A stretch of 64,000 bases of DNA, from NCBI GenBank assembly GCA_965204375.1, contig OZ241986.1:2720001-2784000 (forward strand), read 5' to 3'. This DNA comes from Candidatus Latescibacterota bacterium (GTDB lineage: Bacteria; Latescibacterota; UBA2968). Made by a program: the position numbers and the translations under genes. The notes under the pieces were generated by a model, which worked only from the letters and a program-made list of their open reading frames with translations, did no database searches and had not been told where the DNA came from. Below, one piece after another: positions 49,025 to 58,921 of this stretch (the stretch's first letter is position 1; each line of letters starts with the position of its first letter).

Positions 49025-50113
49025 ATGTCCAACGACAACATCATTCGCGTCGCCATCGGCGGTCAGGGACGCAGTGGATACAACATCCACGCCAAACAAT
49101 TGAGCCAGATGCCCGACAAATTCAAAATTGTAGCCGTAGCCGATCAATTGCCCGAGCGCAGGCGCGATGCCCGCGAACAATTTGGAGCCGAAGCTTATGA
49201 AGACTGGCAAGACATGATCGAAGCAGGTGGATATGATCTCTTTGTCAATGCCCTGCACCAGCCCCTGCACCCCGTCGCCAGCATTGCCGCTCTCCAGGCG
49301 GGTCGCCATGTCGTATGCGAAAAACCCACCTGCAAAACCGTGACACAATTCGACGACATCGTTCAGACAGCCAGAGACAACAACCGCGTCTTTGCCCCCT
49401 TCCAAAACAACCGGTTGCAGCCCTACTTCGACAAAATACAGGAAATCATCAACTCGGGCGTCCTGGGTAAAATCGTGTACATCCGCTCCTCCTGGGGCGG
49501 TTTTTCGCGGCGCTGGGACTGGCAAACCCGTCAGGAAAACTGGGGCGGTGGCCTGCTCAACACAGGACCCCATCCCGTTGATCAAGCCCTCTGCCTCTTT
49601 GGCTTCGACCGCACCCCCAGCGTCTTTGCCCGAATGGACTGCAACAACCCCTTTGATGGCGATGCCGACGATCACTGCACCGTCACATTGTACGACCCCG
49701 AAAGACAAGCACCCCAAATCGACATCGTCGTCAGCAACTACCTGCATTATCCACAAAACGACACCTACACCATTAACGGCACTTACGGCGGTCTCACAGG
49801 GGGATCTTCAGCACTCAAATGGCGTTATTTTGATCCCGAAAAAGCCCCCAAACACGACATGTGGACCTGGTCGGTAAACCGACAATACACCCGCGAAGAA
49901 CTCGACTGGACCGAAGAAACGTGGACACTCGAAGAAGAAAAGAAAAACAACACCCCCTCCGTCTCACTCAAAAGCGGTCCCGAACGCTTCTACAACAACA
50001 TCTACGACGTCCTCAAAAACAGCGGCGAACTCCTCATCACCCCCGCACAAGTGCGCATACAAATCGCCGTGATAGAAGAATCCCATCGACAAAACCCACT
50101 CCCCAAAAAATAA
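49025..50113 (+). CDS. Gfo/Idh/MocA family oxidoreductase
   Basis: GQGRSG, CEKP, RRWDWQ and GGGLLNTGPH. Confidence 0.9.
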   Translation: MSNDNIIRVAIGGQGRSGYNIHAKQLSQMPDKFKIVAVADQLPERRRDAREQFGAEAYEDWQDMIEAGGYDLFVNALHQPLHPVASIAALQAGRHVVCEKPTCKTVTQFDDIVQTARDNNRVFAPFQNNRLQPYFDKIQEIINSGVLGKIVYIRSSWGGFSRRWDWQTRQENWGGGLLNTGPHPVDQALCLFGFDRTPSVFARMDCNNPFDGDADDHCTVTLYDPERQAPQIDIVVSNYLHYPQNDTYTINGTYGGLTGGSSALKWRYFDPEKAPKHDMWTWSVNRQYTREELDWTEETWTLEEEKKNNTPSVSLKSGPERFYNNIYDVLKNSGELLITPAQVRIQIAVIEESHRQNPLPKK

Positions 50114-50134
50114 AGCACAGCAAAGGAAAGCCCC

Positions 50135-50989
50135 ATGAGCATCCCCATCTTAGACACCCATCAACACCTCATCTACCCGGGCAAATACCTCTATTCGTGG
50201 ACCAATGACCTCGCGCCACTCAAAGGCAATGCCTTTCACATCGAAGACTACTTGACCCTCACAAAAGGCAGCGGCATCACGCGCACCATATTCATGGAAG
50301 CCTCGCCCGATGACCCCCATTGGCTGGACGAAACGCAATTTGTTTACGAATTATCCGAACAGCCCAATGCCATAATCGAAGGCGTCATCGCCAACTGCCG
50401 TCCCGAATCTCTCTCTGGATTTGAAGCCTATATCGAATCTGTTCAGCACCCCAAACTCGTCGGCTTCCGCCGCATCCTGCACACCATGCCCGACGACCTC
50501 TCCCAATCGGACCACTTCACGGATAACATCCGCCTCCTCGAAAAATACAACCTCACCTTCGACCTCTGCTTCCGCGCCGACCAGCTACCCATCGCCCGCA
50601 ACCTCGCGCAAAAATGTCCAGAGGTCCAATTCATCCTCGACCACTGCGGCGTACCGGACATTGCAAACAACGCGACAGATCCCTGGCGTGACCACATCGC
50701 GCAAATAGCCGCCCTCCCCAACGTCGCATGCAAAATCTCGGGCGTCCTCGCCTACTGCGCTGAGGGAAATGCCACCACCGAAGCAGTTCGCCCTTATGTT
50801 GAACACTGCATCCACAGCTTTGGCTGGAACCGCGTGGTCTGGGGCAGCGACTGGCCCGTATGCAACACGCGATCCAATATTCAAACCTGGGTCCAGGCCT
50901 CGCGCGAAATCGTTGCCGATGCCGACGAAGCGGATCAGGAAAAACTCTTCCACAAAAACGCGGAACGCATCTATCTAAAAAAATCATAA
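50135..50989 (+). CDS. Amidohydrolase 2 family (sugar-lactonase-like)
   Basis: DTHQH, GFRRILH, LDHCG, KISG and WGSDWPV. Confidence 0.88.
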   Translation: MSIPILDTHQHLIYPGKYLYSWTNDLAPLKGNAFHIEDYLTLTKGSGITRTIFMEASPDDPHWLDETQFVYELSEQPNAIIEGVIANCRPESLSGFEAYIESVQHPKLVGFRRILHTMPDDLSQSDHFTDNIRLLEKYNLTFDLCFRADQLPIARNLAQKCPEVQFILDHCGVPDIANNATDPWRDHIAQIAALPNVACKISGVLAYCAEGNATTEAVRPYVEHCIHSFGWNRVVWGSDWPVCNTRSNIQTWVQASREIVADADEADQEKLFHKNAERIYLKKS

Positions 50990-50991
50990 GC

Positions 50992-51022
50992 AAACGGCCA
51001 CCTGCAAAACAAGTGGCCGTTT
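50992..51022. terminator. Bidirectional terminator
   Basis: AAACGGCCAC..GTGGCCGTTT between convergent genes. Confidence 0.75.
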
Positions 51023-51049
51023 CGTCTCAATTTCTGGACCCAATATTGT

Positions 51050-51280
51050 TTAATCCTCCTCTCCCCCGTCTGTGCGGTCTTGCTCAACCTGCTGAGCAGC
51101 GGACATCCCGTCCTTTTTGCCCAGCTTATAAGCCTGTTGTGATGCGAATATCACCGCCCCACTCATGACGCCTCCCGCCATAGCAGGCGATATATTGATA
51201 TCCATAATAGACCGCAGTACGACTATAGCCACCAGACCAGCTGCGACATGACCGATCCCTACCAAGATAGGCTTAAACAT
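51050..51280 (-). CDS. Small membrane protein
   Basis: Two hydrophobic segments, RBS AGGAGG. Confidence 0.65.
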   Translation of the reverse strand: MFKPILVGIGHVAAGLVAIVVLRSIMDINISPAMAGGVMSGAVIFASQQAYKLGKKDGMSAAQQVEQDRTDGGEED

Positions 51281-51292
51281 AATCCCTCCTAT

Positions 51293-52090
51293 TTACCCCA
51301 CACGCGCACTCAATCCCCCATCAACCGGAAGCAAAACGCCTGTAATATATTTCGCCTCATCCGAAGCGAGAAAAACTGCCGCCGCCGCCACATCCCACGC
51401 CGACCCCATTTTTTGTTCAAGAGGCACCTGTGCAGCGCGCTCCTGGCGAAGCGCATCCCGGTTGACACCCTGATCTTGAACGCGGGATTCAATCGCCATC
51501 GGCGTATCCATCAGACCGGGCAAAATCGCATTCACGCGCACGCCATAAGGCGCGTTCTCAAGCGCGAGATTCTGCGTAAGCGCATTGATCCCCGCCTTGG
51601 CAATCTTGTAAGCAAGCGTCCTGGGGCGAAAACACACAGCCGCCGTAGAAGAAATATTGACAATAACGCCACTTCTCTGCGCACGCATAATGGGCAGCAC
51701 ATATTTACAGGTCAGGAACAGCCCCTTGAGATTAATATCCATAAGACGCTGCCAGTCTTCACCACTCAGGTCAACAGAACCACCGTCGCTCCTCAGCGTA
51801 CCGACATTATTGTGCAAAATATCGATACGCCCGTAGCGCTGGACGCAGGTCTCGGCAATAGCTCGACAATCACCTTCACTTGTAATATCCGCGCCGAGCA
51901 CCGACGCGCTTCCCTTCTCCTGTGCAATCATCCGCGCGGTCTCTTCCGCAGACGCGATATCTCTATCCACCAGAAGCACCTGCGCGCCTGCTCGGGCAAA
52001 ACGGATAGCCGTCGCCCTTCCATTGCCAATCGTCTCGCCCGCCGACTGCCCTGCCCCAACGACAATCGCTATTTTATCTTCAAGCTGCAT
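51293..52090 (-). CDS. SDR family oxidoreductase
   Basis: GIGNG-like GETIGNG, NNVG, YKIAK (YxxxK), PG and VDGG. Confidence 0.92.
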   Translation of the reverse strand: MQLEDKIAIVVGAGQSAGETIGNGRATAIRFARAGAQVLLVDRDIASAEETARMIAQEKGSASVLGADITSEGDCRAIAETCVQRYGRIDILHNNVGTLRSDGGSVDLSGEDWQRLMDINLKGLFLTCKYVLPIMRAQRSGVIVNISSTAAVCFRPRTLAYKIAKAGINALTQNLALENAPYGVRVNAILPGLMDTPMAIESRVQDQGVNRDALRQERAAQVPLEQKMGSAWDVAAAAVFLASDEAKYITGVLLPVDGGLSARVG

Positions 52091-52165
52091 ATACTCTTAT
52101 CCCCCGGGACTTCAGAGTCAATCATTCGCAGACGATTCCCGGTTTAGCATCGCCACGAAGTGGCG

Positions 52166-53551
52166 GAGATATTGTCAAATGTTGTGGATGGGTTTAGAAC
52201 GCATCCTTTATGATTATGCAGCGATTTTGCGTTCACCATCTACGAATTTCACCCCGTCAATGACGAGGGGTATGAGCTTGTAACCGCGTAATCTGACCCA
52301 TGTTTTTTCAGCTTCAAGAGCCAGTTTATACACCATCGCCATTGTGGCTTTGACCGATCCGCAGCCTTTTGTCTGCCTCGTGCGATGCCTGACGGTAGCA
52401 AAAGTCGATTCAATCGGGTTGGTGGTGCGTAAATGGATCCAGTGTTTGGCAGGAAAATCATAAAAGGTGAAGAGCACCTCAAAATCTTTGGTGAGGCAGT
52501 CACAGGCTTTTTCATAGCGATCCTGATACAGACTCAAGAAGTGGTCATAGACCTTGTGCGCGGCCTCTTTTGTCGGCGACTGATACATATCTTGAAGGAG
52601 TCTCTTGGCATCCGGCTGCACAGATTTGGGTAGCTTATCCAACACATTAGCACTCTTATGCACCCAGCAGCGCTGATGTTTCGTGGCAGGGAATGTCTCT
52701 TCCAATGCGTGCCAGAAGCCCATTGCCCCATCGCCTATGGCAAGAGCAGGGGCAAGGCGCAACCCGCGTGCTTTGACATCCAGTAAGAGGGTTTTCCAAG
52801 ATAAGGTGCTCTCACGCTGTCCCTGCTCTATGGCAAGGACTTCCTTTTTACCTTCTGCTGTGGCACCAATGAGCACGAGAACACAGGGGCGATCATCAGA
52901 CAGGCGTACGTTAAAATAGATACCGTCTGCCCAGATATAGACATAGGCTTTATCGTGCAAGTCGCGCTTTTGCCATTGTTTATACTCGTCTTCCCAAATA
53001 CGCTTTAAGCGCGTGATATTGGCTGGTGAAAGCCCTGGTGCGCCTTTGCCTAAGATCGCTTCGAGTGCTTGTGGGAAGGCCGAGGTAGAGACCCCTTTCA
53101 GATACAGTGTGGGGATCAATGTATCAATGCTCGGACTGCGACGGGCATATTTAGGCAGGATCGCACTGGTGAAGTGCTCCCCGTCTCGACGATCGTGAAC
53201 GCGGGGTTGTTTGACGGGTATTTTACCAATACCAGTGGTGACTTCTCGGGCAGGATGATACCCATTTTTGACCACCTCACGATGACCCTTTTCATCCACC
53301 TGATCAGCAAATCGGGCTATGTATTCATTCACTTCATACCGCAAGGCGGCACATAACATCTTACGCGCACCATTTCTTATGACTTCCTCGAGGCTCTCGG
53401 CCAGTGTATCTTGCACTATGCTTTCCACTTCAAATGGGGTATATTCTTTCACGAGCGTGTCCTTTCTCCCTCCTGGAGGGATTTTAGGTTTTTGTGATAC
53501 TATAGGATACGCTCTTTTCTTTTACTCATCCACAACTTTTGAATATACCTC
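52166..53551 (-). mobile_element. IS256-family insertion sequence, 1386 bp
   Basis: Imperfect 28-bp IRs (GAGATATTGTCAAATGTTGTGGATGGGT / GAGGTATATTCAAAAGTTGTGGATGAGT). 9-bp TSD GAAGTGGCG at 52157-52165 and 53552-53560. Confidence 0.93.
52214..53452 (-). CDS. IS256-family (Mutator) DDE transposase
   Basis: NGY, YLKGVS, WADG, GDG, QRCWVH and RTTNPIES. Confidence 0.96.
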   Translation of the reverse strand: MKEYTPFEVESIVQDTLAESLEEVIRNGARKMLCAALRYEVNEYIARFADQVDEKGHREVVKNGYHPAREVTTGIGKIPVKQPRVHDRRDGEHFTSAILPKYARRSPSIDTLIPTLYLKGVSTSAFPQALEAILGKGAPGLSPANITRLKRIWEDEYKQWQKRDLHDKAYVYIWADGIYFNVRLSDDRPCVLVLIGATAEGKKEVLAIEQGQRESTLSWKTLLLDVKARGLRLAPALAIGDGAMGFWHALEETFPATKHQRCWVHKSANVLDKLPKSVQPDAKRLLQDMYQSPTKEAAHKVYDHFLSLYQDRYEKACDCLTKDFEVLFTFYDFPAKHWIHLRTTNPIESTFATVRHRTRQTKGCGSVKATMAMVYKLALEAEKTWVRLRGYKLIPLVIDGVKFVDGERKIAA

Positions 53552-54226
53552 GAAGTGGCGTTCCACCCGGCCAGTCGCCAGCATCGTACCAATGACCAGT
53601 AACCATAGAACAAAGGCCGGCCCACTGAAATGATGCATGCCGATCGTTGCGTCTGTCCATATAAATTGCATGGCGATGCCGATAACCGCAGATGCGGGTG
53701 CGACATATCTGAGCTGACCGCCGACTTTCCACTGGTACCGCGCCGCAAGGACGAGCGCCAACCCAGCTGCCGAGAAGCCGATTTTGCCGGTAAACCATCG
53801 AAGGTATTCGGTCGTCTCTGCCGTGGCAGTCACTTCTGGTGCAATGGCAACAAGCGCGATTGCACACGCCCCGGAAATGATCGTAAAAAGACCAGACACA
53901 GCGAACAGCACCGGCACCAGAGGCGTACCCAATCGCTCCTTGATAATCCATGTTCTCGACAAAAACCACGCACCTGCAACCAGCGCAACGCCCGAGATCA
54001 GCCTGCCAGCACCTCCCGTAGCGTAAAGGCCACCACTCTCTGAAATCGCGACGAGCGACTCAGCAAACGTGGGCTGATCGGCGTCGGCAGCGACTCGTCC
54101 GATAACGGCAACACCTGTAGCGAATGCAGTCAATATCAGAGACAGCCCACCTTTGCGAGCACTGGAATCCAGTGGTCGATCGACTATCGTCTCGGCTGAA
54201 GTTGATGAATGCGATGATTCTTTCAT
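53522..54226 (-). CDS. Membrane protein, C-terminus replaced by IS256 end
   Basis: Multiple TM segments, RBS GAGGAG. The last codons derive from the IS IR. Confidence 0.72.
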   Translation of the reverse strand: MKESSHSSTSAETIVDRPLDSSARKGGLSLILTAFATGVAVIGRVAADADQPTFAESLVAISESGGLYATGGAGRLISGVALVAGAWFLSRTWIIKERLGTPLVPVLFAVSGLFTIISGACAIALVAIAPEVTATAETTEYLRWFTGKIGFSAAGLALVLAARYQWKVGGQLRYVAPASAVIGIAMQFIWTDATIGMHHFSGPAFVLWLLVIGTMLATGRVERHFEVYSKVVDE

Positions 54227-54258
54227 AATGATACTCCTCTCATGATAACGACCTGTCA

Positions 54259-55497
54259 TCAGCCAGCGACGCGCTCTGCCACGCGCTCTTGCACAACATC
54301 CGACTCCATATTGACAAACGTATTCCCTTCAATAACCGTTCCACGCGCTTCGCGCTCAATCGCAATCCCCACCTTCTGCTTTTCTCCTCCCGAATCCTCA
54401 ATCCGATTATCCCGAATCTCCACATCATACGTCGCACCTCGGATCTCAATCCCATATCCATTCTCGGCAAAACCATTATCGCGGATCACACACGAATGAA
54501 TCGCATTTCTGTGCGCCCCTCGAAACTCGGATAAAGGCGTCCGAAACAAAATGCCCACCTTGTGATTGCCTGCAATCTCGCAATTGACAATGCGGTTATC
54601 CGTATCTCTATGCCCAATTGAAATGCCAAAATCTCGATTTTCCAAACACGCGCAATTCTTCGCCACACCATCCGACACACCCCAGCAAAAGAAAATACCC
54701 TGACTATTGCCCGTTGACCGGCAATTGAGAAACTGCGGCCGCTGCGATCCACTACCCGGATGAAATCCCAGATTGGCATTGTTCTTCGACACACAATTTT
54801 CAAAAACAAAATCATCGCAAACCTGAAAACTGAACCCATCGCCATTGTAATTGCGCGCCGTCACATTCCGAAAGGTATAGCGGTGGCAACGCTGCAAAAA
54901 CACCGCACCTGAATAATTCCCATTAATCTCTTCATTCTCCTCTTTGTTGCCATCCAGAACTATATTCTCAACATTTACATCGCAAACCCCTTCTTCCGCC
55001 GTCAAAATGGGGAAAATCGTCGCCAGCGTCGCCCGTTCATCCAGCCACATATTTTTGTACATGCGCTTGCTAAGCGAAATCACCCGCCCCTCAATCGCCG
55101 TCACAGTATCTTTCACCACCGTCATCCCGGACTTGCCATAAGACCGCAACATCACCCCGCATCCCACGCCAAACCCACGCGCATCCTCAACCTCAACCTG
55201 CGCCTCATACCAATCGGAATCCCGCACCAGAGGGGTAACAACCCCCTCGGCCTTCTTTAGCACCGTCGCACTACCCGACCCGCGCACAGTCAAATTTGGA
55301 TGCAGATAAAGCGCATTCCGCATCGTATATACCCCCGGCAAAATCTGCAAAATACCGCCGCCCAAACGGTGCAAATAATCCGCACCAGCCTGCAAAACCC
55401 GATCATCGCCCCCCTGCAAATCTCCCTCACCCTGCCCTACCGTCAACACCATCTCCCGCCGCTCTGTCATCGGTCGATTAGCAGAAAAATCCGACAT
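54259..55497 (-). CDS. Right-handed parallel beta-helix (pectin-lyase-like) protein
   Basis: GGGILQILPGVY, LDGNK and repeated N/G-rich beta-helix units. RBS GAGGAG. Confidence 0.8.
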   Translation of the reverse strand: MSDFSANRPMTERREMVLTVGQGEGDLQGGDDRVLQAGADYLHRLGGGILQILPGVYTMRNALYLHPNLTVRGSGSATVLKKAEGVVTPLVRDSDWYEAQVEVEDARGFGVGCGVMLRSYGKSGMTVVKDTVTAIEGRVISLSKRMYKNMWLDERATLATIFPILTAEEGVCDVNVENIVLDGNKEENEEINGNYSGAVFLQRCHRYTFRNVTARNYNGDGFSFQVCDDFVFENCVSKNNANLGFHPGSGSQRPQFLNCRSTGNSQGIFFCWGVSDGVAKNCACLENRDFGISIGHRDTDNRIVNCEIAGNHKVGILFRTPLSEFRGAHRNAIHSCVIRDNGFAENGYGIEIRGATYDVEIRDNRIEDSGGEKQKVGIAIEREARGTVIEGNTFVNMESDVVQERVAERVAG

Positions 55498-55576
55498 GTT
55501 GAAGCTCCTCAAATTCATAAGTTATCTCGCACTTGTAAACGCAAAGATAATAATGGATCGCCACGCATCCAAAGAT

Positions 55577-55607
55577 AAAAAAATACCCGGCGAGAACCGG
55601 GTATTTT
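55577..55607 (-). terminator. Intrinsic terminator
   Basis: AAAATACCCGG-CGAGAA-CCGGGTATTTT. Confidence 0.8.
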
Positions 55608-55633
55608 AGCACGTAAAAATAGTCTGAAAGCCT

Positions 55634-56464
55634 TTATGCCTGAGCACTAACCTCATGCACCTTCAAATTCGCATATTCGCCAATCAAAGGTGCCATCTGC
55701 CGAAAACCGATCTTGCCACCACCCAGCAAAGGCCCATACGTCTGACCATCATCAACCCAGTGAAAAATCTTCAAATCGCGAATATAAAAAACAACCTCTG
55801 CACCGCATTTGATCAGCGTAATCGGATATGGCGGTCTGGCATCGACAACAGAAGGCAGGGGATCCGCCCCCTGACAGACCATGTGAAAACCATAACTCTT
55901 GCGCAAATTGCAAACCTGAAAAGCGCGTTCTTTGAGTGCCTTTCGCCGAAAGTACGACACGTGCAACGCATTGATATCGCTACTGTGATACTGCTTGTAT
56001 TCGCCAGCTCGAGGTGCCAATGACGGATCAAATATATCTTCACCCCCTCGCCCCAAAGCAGAAAAAAATAGAATGCACAACCCTGGCTCGCGCACTGGCC
56101 AAAAATCCCACGTCACAGCAATATCCGCTGGAAAATCTTCGGGACACCAAAAAACAAAATTTGCAGCCTGTCCCTCCCCTGGGTCGCGGCGGTTCTCCAT
56201 TCGCATGCGACCATTCGGAAAAGTGATCGCAGCATCTCCTTCCAGCCGAAACCCTTCAATATCTGACGCGGAAGACAGCGGATTGTCATAAATCAATTCG
56301 TCAAATTCAAAATTATCCATAACACCTCTCCTGATGCGTTGACGTATCGGGTTCTTCGCCGCATGAACAGCCTGCCTCAAAAACAGCGGCGCACTGCCAA
56401 AAGATACTGAAAACAACGCCAGCTTGCTGCATTTTATAAACGCCCTGCGAGTCCATTCCATCAT
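55634..56464 (-). CDS. YesU/DUF1961-like protein with in-frame Tat-type N-terminal extension (second start at 56320)
   Basis: FVFWCPEDFP, YHSSDINALHVSY, NLRKS and GGKIGFRQM. Upstream TRRAFIK motif. Confidence 0.78.
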   Translation of the reverse strand: MMEWTRRAFIKCSKLALFSVSFGSAPLFLRQAVHAAKNPIRQRIRRGVMDNFEFDELIYDNPLSSASDIEGFRLEGDAAITFPNGRMRMENRRDPGEGQAANFVFWCPEDFPADIAVTWDFWPVREPGLCILFFSALGRGGEDIFDPSLAPRAGEYKQYHSSDINALHVSYFRRKALKERAFQVCNLRKSYGFHMVCQGADPLPSVVDARPPYPITLIKCGAEVVFYIRDLKIFHWVDDGQTYGPLLGGGKIGFRQMAPLIGEYANLKVHEVSAQA

Positions 56465-56478
56465 TTTAGTCTCCTGTT

Positions 56479-58584
56479 TCACTTTGGAAGCGGGATTTTG
56501 CGAAGCGATTCCCATTCTGTGCTCAGATTGTTTAGCCAGGCTGGAAGGGTTCCCAAACGCAATTCGAGTTGTGCGTCAAAAAGCGATTTGGGTTCAACCG
56601 CTGTACCATTAGATTCGAGAACCTCGAGAGCACTTTCATTAAAGGTAGCGGGATTGCCGTGAAATCCCACAACAATCGGATGCAAAAATCGGAGATATCC
56701 CCGCCCAAAATCATAGTGCGTATCATTGCCCCCATGGTTGAAATTCCAGACCACAAGACGCCTGAGATGGTGTGGCGGAACGCCGGCACCACTGCTGCCA
56801 GACAACCTGCCATTATTAACGCAGTCGTACAGATTGGCATAGCTGGGATCGGTCCTATGGATATCAATTGGCTGTTTTGGACTCATATCAACACGATGGT
56901 ACACAATCCCGGTCGAGCTATGGCTTATGCCTGGGCCATGGAACTGGTTTGAAATATCTTCTGACAACCCAATCCATATCCCGTGACTGTCTTGATTTGT
57001 AAAGCATAAATGACCCGGATTTCCTGCTATTGTAACCTGATGGGCAGTTATGGCTGCACTACGAGTGAAATTTAATCCGTTAGTGGTATTGACGAAAGAG
57101 GTGCGCCGAATCCAGGAATTGACACAGTAGTGGAATTTGAGCAAACTCCAACCCTTAGTTACGAGATGGACAAATTTTTCTGAATACGAGGTGTGAAAGC
57201 TGATGTCTTCAACGCCAACTTCTTCAAGGTGCGGAAAGGAGCGCACATACCAGTTATACGCTATATTAACATCGGTGCGCAGGGGTTCACTGAGGCGAAC
57301 TCGATTGCCCTGAATTTCGGCAATGCTGTGTTCTTCATGTATTGTAATTCCCTCTTTGAAAAGTTTTTGATAATACTTTCCGGTGAGGCTGTTTAGCGAA
57401 CGCGGGGCAAGGAACTCAGTGATTCCTGCTGTGCTCTTGGTATTCATATTTATCGTGATCCACTGACCAACTTTAAGCCGAGAAATGTCTGCTACGGTGA
57501 TCCAAAAGGTTTCTCGATCCGCACTTTCTGTAATACGCGTTAATCCGGAGTATCTTATATCTCTGGGTATGAAAGTGAACATACGTGCGTACCTGGTATT
57601 GGACGTTTGGAGCCGAGGGTTGACCTGTCGGATAACCGTGCCTCCACTTCGGCTTCCGCTTCCTCTGAGAACAATATTGCTGCTGTGGATGTAGATGGGT
57701 TCGTTGTTATCAGCATCGGTATTGACGAGAAATTCACCCGGTGGAAAGAAGATAATGCCACTGCCGTTGGCCTCTGCGGCGGCAATGGCACTTACGATGG
57801 CACGCTGGTCAGACAGATGATCATTGGGGATAGCACCATAACTGGTGACGTCGAATATGGGATGTGTGACATCGGGAATAGGTTTGGTGAAGTAGTGATA
57901 GCCCGCGTAGGAAAAGTCGGATAAAATGGGTTCTGTACCGTTCTCTTTCGCTTCCACAAACTGTCTGTAGGTGGTCGATAGCTGTGGAGAGAGGACACCA
58001 ATTCTCACGGCGATGTTGGCAGTGCCACCCCGCCCATCATCTACTTCCACAGTCACCGAGTAAACGCGCTTCATTGCATAGTTGTAGGTCACATCTGCCT
58101 TCGTCTGAATCTGACCACTGCTTGAGATAATGGTGAACGAATCCGCATCCGGTCCACTCAGGCTATATGTAAGGCTATCGCCATCGGGATCAGTAGCGGA
58201 AACAGGATCGCCGATATTCTGGCCGGATGAGGTGCTCTCATCTACTGAACGTATAACAGGAGAGACAAAGGTAAAGCCCGGTACCCTGTTAGCTGCTGGA
58301 TCAACCTTTTTGCCAAAGCTACTGGCAAAAATCAGAAAATCGGCAATCCCAATTTCGCCATCGCCATTCAGGTCGTACTTTGCATCATACTTCTCTTGAC
58401 CTTCCCCAGACCCAAACGCGCTTACAAATAGCAAAAAGTCGGAAATATCCACAGCCCCACTCCCGTCAAAGTCTGCAGAAGATGCCGTAGCATCTTGTAG
58501 AAACAAGGGTTGACTTAACAGAGCCATGAATATAATTGTAAAGCGCAAGACAAATGTTGAACGTGAGCGAGGTAACTTAGACAT
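56479..58584 (-). CDS. Secreted protein: dockerin/EF-hand-like + cadherin + DUF4955-like beta-helix
   Basis: Signal peptide, DFDGSGAVDISDF/DLNGDGEIGIADF, ATDPDGDSLTYSL, SDFSYAGY, FFPPGEF and SLFDAQLELRLG. RBS AAGGAG. Confidence 0.8.
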   Translation of the reverse strand: MSKLPRSRSTFVLRFTIIFMALLSQPLFLQDATASSADFDGSGAVDISDFLLFVSAFGSGEGQEKYDAKYDLNGDGEIGIADFLIFASSFGKKVDPAANRVPGFTFVSPVIRSVDESTSSGQNIGDPVSATDPDGDSLTYSLSGPDADSFTIISSSGQIQTKADVTYNYAMKRVYSVTVEVDDGRGGTANIAVRIGVLSPQLSTTYRQFVEAKENGTEPILSDFSYAGYHYFTKPIPDVTHPIFDVTSYGAIPNDHLSDQRAIVSAIAAAEANGSGIIFFPPGEFLVNTDADNNEPIYIHSSNIVLRGSGSRSGGTVIRQVNPRLQTSNTRYARMFTFIPRDIRYSGLTRITESADRETFWITVADISRLKVGQWITINMNTKSTAGITEFLAPRSLNSLTGKYYQKLFKEGITIHEEHSIAEIQGNRVRLSEPLRTDVNIAYNWYVRSFPHLEEVGVEDISFHTSYSEKFVHLVTKGWSLLKFHYCVNSWIRRTSFVNTTNGLNFTRSAAITAHQVTIAGNPGHLCFTNQDSHGIWIGLSEDISNQFHGPGISHSSTGIVYHRVDMSPKQPIDIHRTDPSYANLYDCVNNGRLSGSSGAGVPPHHLRRLVVWNFNHGGNDTHYDFGRGYLRFLHPIVVGFHGNPATFNESALEVLESNGTAVEPKSLFDAQLELRLGTLPAWLNNLSTEWESLRKIPLPK

Positions 58585-58699
58585 GTTAAACTCCTTATGA
58601 AAAACGGACATACACCACACATCAAAGGCTATTTTGAGGTATAAATCCACCCTATAACTTTCTGTTCAAGACAGACTCCTTAGTTGCAATGATTATATG

Positions 58700-58716
58700 A
58701 GCAATATATGTACCAA
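58700..58716 (-). promoter_or_regulatory. Sigma54 (-24/-12) promoter
   Basis: TTGGTACATATATTGCT on the minus strand matches GG-N10-GC. Confidence 0.72.
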
Positions 58717-58888
58717 TGTGAATTACTCTAAACAATTATACTCGTAAGACATTATTTTTTTTGAGAATAAAATTTTATGGAAAATAAAAAAAGCCAGACT
58801 GAATTTTCTATTTCTGGATGGTATATCATCCAAAAGATAATCAGACTGACTTGTATGATATTTAATTACAGACAGTTATGACCAAATA

Positions 58889-58920
58889 GGCGATATATCG
58901 TCTAAAGACGATATATCGCC
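58889..58920. promoter_or_regulatory. Putative enhancer (UAS): nested double palindrome
   Basis: GGCGATATATCGTCT-AA-AGACGATATATCGCC. Each arm contains the palindrome CGATATATCG. Confidence 0.6.
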
Positions 58921-58921
58921 C

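Noticed and set aside
52140-52178. Outward-facing TTGACA in the IS256 IR as a hybrid promoter for the SDR gene
   Set aside because: There is no acceptable -10 hexamer at 16-18 bp spacing.
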